From positions 1,646 through 33,645 of the forward strand of contig CAZCAP010000008.1 of the NCBI GenBank assembly GCA_964496765.1: a stretch of 32,000 bases of DNA, given 5' to 3'. Of this stretch, positions 7,946-15,200 are shown one piece after another (positions within the stretch are counted from its first letter, which is position 1; every line of letters begins with the position of its first letter). Position numbers and translations under genes: made by a program. This DNA is from an uncultured archaeon. GTDB taxonomy: Archaea; Iainarchaeota; Iainarchaeia; Iainarchaeales; CSSED10-239. The notes beneath the pieces are model-generated. The model was not told the DNA's origin. It ran no database searches and saw nothing but the letters and a program-made list of their open reading frames with translations.

Positions 7946-8632
7946 TTATTTGTTTTCCTTTCTTAAAAAAGTTTGTGAGAATTTAATCTTATTTAATTTA
8001 GTTGAAGTAAGAACCATTTCTGCAAATAATTCTTTGAAGTAATCAAACTCCTTTGGTAATCCAATTGGAAGTTCAATCTCAATTAATTTTTCTGCATCTA
8101 TTATTTGGTATTTTAGATGTTCTGGTTTCATGAAATAGAATACTTTTTGAACAATGATTGGTATTTTCTCATTATCTTCCTTATATATTTTATTTACTGT
8201 GATTGTGTATTCTAGGTTTCTACCAGCAAAGATTGGATTGAAATCAACCTTAACTCTTCCACCAGAAACAGAAATAACTTTTCCTGATTGGTTACCAATT
8301 GTTACCTGCATACCTGGTTCTGGTTTTATCTTATCTTCTTTAAAATCATTTAGAGGAACTATTTTTGTGTTGTTTGGATTTCTGTCTCCAAAAGCATCCT
8401 TTTTCAATAGAACAAAGGTATGTGTTTTTCCTGCTTCAACCTCTTTTATCTTGTCTTCAACAGCAGGAAGAAGTTCATTTGTTCCAAAAACAGCTCTAAT
8501 TGGTTTATAATCTGCTTTTACATTAAGATCATTTTCCTTTGCAAACTTTTCAAAGGTTGTATCCAGTAGTTCCTTTGAATCATTATCTTTTAAAATTAAG
8601 TCAATCTCTATTATATCGCCTTTTGTTATCAT
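7946..8632 (-). CDS. FKBP-type peptidyl-prolyl cis-trans isomerase (SlyD-like, with insert-in-flap and C-terminal domain)
   Basis: ATG start. Motifs FGDRNP, GRVKVDFNPIFAGRNLEY and N-terminal KGDIIEIDL match archaeal long FKBPs. Confidence 0.8.
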   Translation of the reverse strand: MITKGDIIEIDLILKDNDSKELLDTTFEKFAKENDLNVKADYKPIRAVFGTNELLPAVEDKIKEVEAGKTHTFVLLKKDAFGDRNPNNTKIVPLNDFKEDKIKPEPGMQVTIGNQSGKVISVSGGRVKVDFNPIFAGRNLEYTITVNKIYKEDNEKIPIIVQKVFYFMKPEHLKYQIIDAEKLIEIELPIGLPKEFDYFKELFAEMVLTSTKLNKIKFSQTFLRKENK

Positions 8633-8828
8633 TTTCTATCATTTCCTTTTTATTTAATTATAAACCTCTTAAACCTAAAGAGTAGATATAAAAGTTAAAC
8701 TAGTATCATAAAATTAGAATTTTAATAATATATTTAGGAAACAAATAGCTTAAAAAGCTATCCCTAGACCTGAAAATACAAATAATTAGGGGTTATTTAG
8801 AGACGTATATCCTTTTTTGAAGAAGGTA

Positions 8829-9767
8829 TTAGTGTTTTTCTATTCTTTTTCTGTTTGTTAGATCAAACCTATTCTCCTTTGAAACAACCTTCTTTTTAAT
8901 TATTGATTCTAGCTCCTTTCTTGCATTTCCAGAAACTGTTCCACCATCATTTGCATCTTTCTTAAGATTTGGAAAATCCTTTGAATCTCTTTCTTTTGTT
9001 ATTTCTTTTGTGCTTAGTTCTCCAAGCATTGTAAAAACAAGTTCCACATCAGTCATATTATCCCTTATATTTTGGTTTTTAAACCTAGGATCTAAGTTTT
9101 TTATTATTTTATGTTCTTTTGTGGTTACATCAAAAGTGGCTTTTGAGATTTCATCAGTTAATATCGCATAATCCTTACTTTTCTTAATTCCTCTTTTGTT
9201 CCATTCATCAGTTAAGTCTAATCTAATTATTGTTCCTCTTATTCTTTTTGCAATCCAGTCTTCTGAGTATCCTTTGATTTCATAATACCTTTTTGCTCTT
9301 GAATATAATAATTCAGGATTTTCAATCTCCTGTATTCTCTCATAACCTGTTTTTGCTAGCCATAATTTAAATGGTTCTGCTTTCTTAGATGGAATTGATT
9401 GAATAATTCTAAATAGGCCTTCTGTGTTTGAACAATCTGTTTCTCTTAATTTACCATCTTCTGCAAATAATTTCAACTGTACGATTTTATCGTACTGTTC
9501 AATGCCTCCCTCTTCCTTAATCTTGATTTTTAGATCTGACCAATACCTTCTTGGCTCTGAACTTTCAGTTAATGCACCAACCACATCAACAACTGAAAAC
9601 CACCATTCTTCATTATACCATGTTCTTCTAATTCTTTTTGTTTCAAAAACAGCTATTGCATTTTCCTTATCTCTCACTTCACTCACCTCTCCATATATAT
9701 TATGTTTTAGGAATGTATATCTTTTTTGGAGGGGGTGCGTGTCCAAGCAAATTAGGTTAAAACACAT
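8829..9767 (-). CDS. Bro-N domain protein with DinD-like (DNA-damage-inducible protein D family) C-terminal region
   Basis: The Bro-N-like segment is FETKRIRRTWYNEEWWFSVVDVVGAL. The C-terminal part (YERIQEIENPELL, DYAILTDEISKATF, MTDVELVFTMLGELSTKEITKERD) resembles DinD/antirepressor proteins. The true start may be GTG at 9677, preceded by GGAGAGGTGA, rather than the annotated 9767. Confidence 0.65.
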   Translation of the reverse strand: MCFNLICLDTHPLQKRYTFLKHNIYGEVSEVRDKENAIAVFETKRIRRTWYNEEWWFSVVDVVGALTESSEPRRYWSDLKIKIKEEGGIEQYDKIVQLKLFAEDGKLRETDCSNTEGLFRIIQSIPSKKAEPFKLWLAKTGYERIQEIENPELLYSRAKRYYEIKGYSEDWIAKRIRGTIIRLDLTDEWNKRGIKKSKDYAILTDEISKATFDVTTKEHKIIKNLDPRFKNQNIRDNMTDVELVFTMLGELSTKEITKERDSKDFPNLKKDANDGGTVSGNARKELESIIKKKVVSKENRFDLTNRKRIEKH

Positions 9768-9812
9768 AAAAAACCATAATAATATATTAAGTTACATAAA
9801 TATATATGTTAT

Positions 9813-12029
9813 ATGAATAATAATGAAATAATAGAGAAGATACTTGAAATTAATGAATATTCTTCTCTAAACCCAGTTCAGGAGAAGGCATCAAAGCACA
9901 TTGGTGAAAGTTTAATTGTGTGTTCTCCAACAGCTTCTGGAAAAACAACTATTTTTGAACTATACTTACTTGATACAATCATAAATAGAAAGAAAAAAGT
10001 AGTTTACATCTCTCCTCTCAGGGCATTAACAAGTGAACATTATTTTGAAACTAGGAGAAAGTTCGCAAAGGAATTTGATTTAAAAATAGGATTATCAACA
10101 GGTGATCTTGATGAGTCTGTTAAGCACTTAGAGGGATATGATGTTCTTTTCCTAACCTATGAAAAGTTTGATTCAATTATTCGTCATTCTCCCACATGGT
10201 TATCAGAAGTTGGATTATTAACCATTGATGAGATTCACGAAATTGGATCTGATAGGGGATCAACCCTTGAGGTTCTTTTAACACAGGTGAAAATAAATTA
10301 TCCAGATATTAAGATGCTGGGGTTATCAGCAACCATTGGAAACCCTAATGAGGTTGCTTCATGGTTATCAGCTAAACTAATAAGATCAGACTATAGGCCA
10401 GTTCCTCTTGAAGTGGGAGTGCTCTATGATAATAAGCTTTATTTTGGAGAGCAAGTAATCAAGCTTGAGAACATTAAGAAGGATCATTCTCTTAATGGAA
10501 TAATTAAAGATACATTAATTAAACAGAAACAAATAATTGTTTTTTGTAATTCAAGAAAAAGCACAATATCCTTATCAGAAAAATATTCAAGAGAGGTTTA
10601 TTCTTTATTAAAGAATGAAGAAAAAGAAAAATTAAAAATGGTTTCAAGAAACGCGCTCTCTGCTCTCGAATCACCAACCAAGCAATGCTCTCTTCTTTCA
10701 AATGTTCTATCTTTTGGGGTTTGCTTTCATCATGCAGGACTTGTTTCAAAGCAAAGGCACCTAATTGAAGATGAATTTAAGAAAGGAAATATTAAAATTA
10801 TATTTGCAACCCCTACTCTTGCTGCTGGAATAAATCTTCCTGCTTTTAGGGTTGTTATTAATTCAATCTATAGATTTAACTTAACTGGATCTGCACCTTT
10901 AGCTGTTAATGAGATTATGCAAATGGTTGGAAGAGCAGGCAGACCAAGATATGATAAATCTGGGGAAGCATTAATTGTTGCAACAAAGGAAACGGACATA
11001 AATAAAATCTATGGATCATATATTAACGCAGAACCAACTAACATTGATTCACAATTATCTAAAATAAACAAACTAAGAGCACAATTGTTATCAATAATTA
11101 TTACAAACAATATAGAAAGCATAGATGATATTAATAAATTTATTTCAAAAACATTTTATTATAAGATATTTGGATCAACAAGCGAGATTAAGGAAAACAT
11201 TAGAGATATAGTTAATGAATTTATTGAATATGGGTTTGTTGAAAAAAAAGAAAAAAACAAAATCAGAATAACTGATCTTGGAAAAAAAGTATCTTTGCTT
11301 TATCTTGATCCAACCTCTGCTCATAGAATCATTGAGGATCTTGAAATTAAACAGGAAAAGCTTGAAAAGATAAATGATTTATCTCTATTGTTAACTCTTC
11401 TTAACACAACTGAGCTCTCTCCCTATCTTAATTACAAGGATGATAAGGAGGATAATTTGTTTACAATGTTTGAAGAACTAAAGCAAACAATCTTTTTTGA
11501 TTATGAAGATATTTACCTTCTTTCAAAGCTTTATGAAGCAAAGATGTTAAAGGATTGGATAAATGAAGTTTCTGAGGATAAGATAATTGATGAATACAAC
11601 ACATCTCCTGGACAAATAAGAGACATATTAACAAGAAGTGAATGGATTATTCATTGTATATTGGAGTTGTGCAAGTTTACTGGAAAGAATATTCATTTAT
11701 TTAAGATGTTTAAAGATTTGAAATTAAGATTAAAGTATGGAATCTCACAGGAATTAGTTTCTCTAGTAGAATTAAAAAATATTGGAAGAGTAAGAGCAAG
11801 AGCATTATTTTCAAGAGGAATGAAAACATCAAATGATATTAGAAAGGATCCAGATAAGTTCATATCAATTGTTGGAAGACCAGGTCTTATTACACTCGAA
11901 GAACTAAAGATAGAATACAGGAAAGAAGTGAAAGAACAAAAAGAAGAAGTTGTTTCAAAACCAATTGAAAAAAAAAAAGATAAAAAAGAAGAAAGCTATA
12001 AAAAACAAACTTCTCTTAAAGATTATTAG
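9813..12029 (+). CDS. hel308: Hel308/Ski2-like DNA helicase
   Basis: ATG start; 738 aa. Motif I SPTASGKT, motif II DEIH, motif III SAT, motif VI QMVGRAGRP, and a C-terminal helix-hairpin-helix (LKNIGRVRARALFSRGM), followed by a Lys/Glu-rich tail. Confidence 0.9.
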   Translation: MNNNEIIEKILEINEYSSLNPVQEKASKHIGESLIVCSPTASGKTTIFELYLLDTIINRKKKVVYISPLRALTSEHYFETRRKFAKEFDLKIGLSTGDLDESVKHLEGYDVLFLTYEKFDSIIRHSPTWLSEVGLLTIDEIHEIGSDRGSTLEVLLTQVKINYPDIKMLGLSATIGNPNEVASWLSAKLIRSDYRPVPLEVGVLYDNKLYFGEQVIKLENIKKDHSLNGIIKDTLIKQKQIIVFCNSRKSTISLSEKYSREVYSLLKNEEKEKLKMVSRNALSALESPTKQCSLLSNVLSFGVCFHHAGLVSKQRHLIEDEFKKGNIKIIFATPTLAAGINLPAFRVVINSIYRFNLTGSAPLAVNEIMQMVGRAGRPRYDKSGEALIVATKETDINKIYGSYINAEPTNIDSQLSKINKLRAQLLSIIITNNIESIDDINKFISKTFYYKIFGSTSEIKENIRDIVNEFIEYGFVEKKEKNKIRITDLGKKVSLLYLDPTSAHRIIEDLEIKQEKLEKINDLSLLLTLLNTTELSPYLNYKDDKEDNLFTMFEELKQTIFFDYEDIYLLSKLYEAKMLKDWINEVSEDKIIDEYNTSPGQIRDILTRSEWIIHCILELCKFTGKNIHLFKMFKDLKLRLKYGISQELVSLVELKNIGRVRARALFSRGMKTSNDIRKDPDKFISIVGRPGLITLEELKIEYRKEVKEQKEEVVSKPIEKKKDKKEESYKKQTSLKDY

Positions 12030-12041
12030 GAAAAGAATATT

Positions 12042-12113
12042 GCAGCTATAGTCTAGTGGTTAGGATGTAAGCTTCCCAAGCTTGAGACCCGAGTTCGAAT
12101 CTCGGTAGCTGCA
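12042..12113 (+). tRNA. tRNA-Gly, anticodon CCC; CCA not encoded
   Basis: Acceptor GCAGCTA/TAGCTGC; anticodon stem TAAGC/GCTTG with loop TTCCCAA; T arm CCGAG-TTCGAAT-CTCGG; discriminator A. Total 72 nt. Confidence 0.9.
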
Positions 12114-12142
12114 CGTTGTGTTTAGAATCAATGGTAATTATC

Positions 12143-12709
12143 ATGGAACTTGGAAAAACATTATATGTTACGACCAGACAGGAATGGCGAGCATGGCTTG
12201 CAAAAAACCATAACAAGAAAAATGAACTTTGGTTGGTGTACTATAGAAAATCTTCTGGTAAATCACGAATTCCATATAATGTTGCTGTAGAAGAAGCACT
12301 CTGTTATGGTTGGATTGATAGTATAATTAAAAAAGTTGATGAAAACTCGTTTGCACAGAGATTCACTCCAAGGAAACCAACAAGTCAACTTTCTGAACTA
12401 AACAAAGAAAGGATTAAAAGGCTAATTAAACAAAATCAAATGACACCCATGGGATTAAAAGCAATACAGCACGCATTTAATCCAAAAAAAGAAAAAAAGT
12501 TTATTGTTCCAAAACAAATACTTGCAGAAATAAAAAAAGAACCAGATGCATGGAAAAACTTTCAAAAAATGCCTCTCTGGTATAAAAAAATAAGAATAAG
12601 CTATATTGGATCTAGTGAACAGCAAGAAAAGAAAATATTTGAAAAAAGACTAAATTACTTTATAAAAATGACAGGAAAAAATAAAAGATTTGGTTTCTTA
12701 AAAGACTAA
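12143..12709 (+). CDS. YdeI/OmdA-family protein (DUF1801-associated, bacteriocin-protection-type domain)
   Basis: The ORF track starts at TTG 12116, directly abutting the tRNA; in-frame ATGs are at 12131 and 12143. RQEWRAWLAKNH, LWLVYYRK, EEALCYGWIDS and RFTPRKP match the YdeI/OmdA pattern. Confidence 0.7.
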   Translation: MELGKTLYVTTRQEWRAWLAKNHNKKNELWLVYYRKSSGKSRIPYNVAVEEALCYGWIDSIIKKVDENSFAQRFTPRKPTSQLSELNKERIKRLIKQNQMTPMGLKAIQHAFNPKKEKKFIVPKQILAEIKKEPDAWKNFQKMPLWYKKIRISYIGSSEQQEKKIFEKRLNYFIKMTGKNKRFGFLKD

Positions 12710-12720
12710 AAATAAATCAA

Positions 12721-13503
12721 TTACAATCTTTTTATAAATATTTTTTCTGTTAATATTTTGCTATCAAATTGATGTTCAAATTGAAATCCTCTTTTTTTAA
12801 AAGCTACTTTGACTTCATCATAAAACTTATTTAATTTTTTTCTAAAAATGATTGTTCGAAGATAATCAAATGGTTCAGTTAAAGTTAAGTCGGTTTTTGT
12901 AAATGTAATAAAAGCGCAACCTTCTTTGTTTAATGAATATGCGGTTTTTAAAAGCACATTTTTTTTAAGTTCATCTAGTGTATACTGAAAACCACCATAT
13001 GTTGAAAAAATAAGGTCTTGCTTTTTATCAGGAACAATACTTTTTGTTCCATTTTCATATTTCATTCTTTCAATTGGATTAACAATAATATGATCAATGT
13101 TTTTTGTTGAAGATAACTTCGTATCACTTGGATCAATAGTAATTCCAGTGGTTTCAACAATGTATTTGGATTGCAATTCTTTTTTTATTTCCTGTAGAAA
13201 TTTACCTTCCCCAAGCCCTTCATCCATGATACGTAGTTTTTTGTGTTTAAAATTAGCATTTATGAATTCAATTAAATTTTTTTCTTTAAATAAGGATTTA
13301 AATATATAATTATATTCTTGCAATCCCTTGTTCTTATTCCATTTAAGTGGTTTAAACCCATCACCAGGAATATATCTTTTTCTAATCTTTGCATTGTATT
13401 TTACATATTTTTTTCTAATTTCTTGTGTACGTAATTTTTTATAGATTTCTCTAACTTGTAATTCTGCCATCCCTCCCTTAGGAATTTTTTTAATAAGCAC
13501 CAT
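12721..13503 (-). CDS. Hypothetical protein, possible class I SAM-dependent methyltransferase
   Basis: ATG start. Gly-rich motif I candidate LRIMDEGLGEGKF, motif IV-like DLIFSTYG, and LNKEGCAFITF resembling the post-motif strand. The match is weak and made by eye only. Confidence 0.45.
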   Translation of the reverse strand: MVLIKKIPKGGMAELQVREIYKKLRTQEIRKKYVKYNAKIRKRYIPGDGFKPLKWNKNKGLQEYNYIFKSLFKEKNLIEFINANFKHKKLRIMDEGLGEGKFLQEIKKELQSKYIVETTGITIDPSDTKLSSTKNIDHIIVNPIERMKYENGTKSIVPDKKQDLIFSTYGGFQYTLDELKKNVLLKTAYSLNKEGCAFITFTKTDLTLTEPFDYLRTIIFRKKLNKFYDEVKVAFKKRGFQFEHQFDSKILTEKIFIKRL

Positions 13504-13614
13504 ACACTATCAACCTATATATATTACGTTATCTAATGATTTAAAAACAAATCTTTCTAATTGAATTAATTTAAATTATATATTTTCACAACTTAAAAAA
13601 GAAAATAGATTAAC

Positions 13615-13884
13615 CTATTTTCTTAGTTTTGAAGCAAATCTTGCCCTAGCCTTTTTTTCTGAGAGCTTGTTAGCTTTCTCAGTTAATGAGGCCATCTTAA
13701 TGGTTACCCACACAGCAATCACGGTTACAAGCACAGCATAAAAGATCATTGCAAATAAACCACTTGCGGCTCCAAATACTCTTTTGAATATTTCTTGTAT
13801 GGCTGTGTTCCATGCAAGTGCAGCAACCAATCCAAACGCAGCAATAATTAATGCGTTTAATTTTTCTAAAACTTCTTTATTCAT
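13615..13884 (-). CDS. Small two-TM membrane protein (DUF5654-like)
   Basis: ATG start; 89 aa. Hydrophobic helices LIIAAFGLVAALAWNTAIQEIF and MIFYAVLVTVIAVWVTI, with a basic C-terminus. Confidence 0.5.
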   Translation of the reverse strand: MNKEVLEKLNALIIAAFGLVAALAWNTAIQEIFKRVFGAASGLFAMIFYAVLVTVIAVWVTIKMASLTEKANKLSEKKARARFASKLRK

Positions 13885-13914
13885 GTTTACCTATCTCCTT
13901 TTATTAAATTTAAT

Positions 13915-15180
13915 TTATCCAATGTTTTCCTGCTTGATTAATTCTCTTAGAAGAACAGTAGCATAGTTTCCTTTTGATAATGTAAATGAAATTATAAGTT
14001 TTTTATATCCTTCTTCTAGATGTCTCTCATCATCACCTATTTCAATTAGCTTTAATTGGTGGGCTTCTGTTTTAATATCCCGGTATTCTCCTTTGCTTGA
14101 GAGAACTGAATAATCTCGATTATAAAAATCATCAAACATTATTCCTTCTTTTGTGAGAAGCTCTTTTTCTAGTTCTCCTGCAAGACCTTCTGAAAAGGTT
14201 GATTGAAATCCAAACAAAGGTAATTGAACAGAACCATTTACTATCCTATCTCCATCAATTGGATTAAGCCCATATCCTCTATCTAATCTCATGTTTATTA
14301 GTTCATTGAAAAGATAGGATTGATAGGCATGTATGAAAAGATATTGAACTGCTTTTGGAAGAACCTGGATTGCTCCTAAATAATCATCAGGGTTCTTTGC
14401 TAAATGATTAAGCATTGCTGATTCATAACCAAAGGATGCAGGAAAGGATGATGCATGGTGGCCGAAATCAAGATCTTCCTTGAGAGCAGATCTTGCTGCC
14501 TTGATATCTTCGGTTTCAAAATCATTTGTTTCTGTTAAATATAAGATGATTCCTTCTTTGAATTTGCTTTTCATGAAAAGCTTGCCTACTCTGTGAGTTA
14601 TTTCTCTTGTTCCTCCAAACCTTTGTTCTCCAAAATAATTAATTAATCCATTTTTTTGGATTTGGGAGATGCATTCTTCTGTGATTGTTCTTATTTCTTC
14701 TTCAGCTAAATTTTTAATTTGTCTAATTGTAACAACAAATTTATTTTCCTTTAAATCTCCAATATCTATTCTTTTTTTGGACCAGGTTGGATCATAAACC
14801 TTAATTGTTTTAAAATAGAATTTTTTTAAACGTTCAAGACTTGGTTCAAAGATGGATATTCTTTGACTAGTTAATGCTCTCTTGTCCTTCAACCCAGCAT
14901 AGCCAATTCTTTTCTTACTTGTGTGAAGAAATCTTGACATTTGAGAAATAGCAACAGTTGTTGCAAGATTATTTTTTTCTAAAGTTAGATGAAGATAGTC
15001 TTCTTTATCTTGCTTTTCTGAAAAAACCTTATCCCAATCAAGCTCTGGGAGAAGTTTATCAGGAAGATATTTAACTTCAGTTATATAGTTTTCTCCAATT
15101 TCAGAAACAATAAAGTCTTCAGATATTTCTTTTATTCTTCCATTGATTGGAGAAGTGGTTGTTATGTATTTAAATTCCAT
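13915..15180 (-). CDS. truD: tRNA pseudouridine(13) synthase TruD/Pus7 family
   Basis: 421 aa. The catalytic-Asp motif GYAGLKDKRALTSQ and the segment FGEQRFG are characteristic of TruD. Confidence 0.9.
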   Translation of the reverse strand: MEFKYITTTSPINGRIKEISEDFIVSEIGENYITEVKYLPDKLLPELDWDKVFSEKQDKEDYLHLTLEKNNLATTVAISQMSRFLHTSKKRIGYAGLKDKRALTSQRISIFEPSLERLKKFYFKTIKVYDPTWSKKRIDIGDLKENKFVVTIRQIKNLAEEEIRTITEECISQIQKNGLINYFGEQRFGGTREITHRVGKLFMKSKFKEGIILYLTETNDFETEDIKAARSALKEDLDFGHHASSFPASFGYESAMLNHLAKNPDDYLGAIQVLPKAVQYLFIHAYQSYLFNELINMRLDRGYGLNPIDGDRIVNGSVQLPLFGFQSTFSEGLAGELEKELLTKEGIMFDDFYNRDYSVLSSKGEYRDIKTEAHQLKLIEIGDDERHLEEGYKKLIISFTLSKGNYATVLLRELIKQENIG

Positions 15181-15200
15181 GAGTTATCGATTCTTTTAGT

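Noticed and set aside
8154-8510. Long antisense ORFs inside well-supported genes (8154-8510, 9424-9816, 23793-24191, 25143-25529, 5413-5697, 20798-21037 and others)
   Set aside because: Each lies entirely opposite a gene with clear family motifs. Their translations are Phe/Ser/Leu/Cys-rich low-complexity strings, as expected from reading Lys/Glu/Asn-rich genes backwards. None has a convincing start context.
8722-9790. Shared AT-only 10-11-mer (ATAATATATT) on both sides of the Bro-N/DinD-like gene as possible att or target-site duplication
   Set aside because: A pure A/T 10-11-mer is expected by chance in spacers of this composition and resembles TATA-box sequence. No integrase or longer repeat is present.
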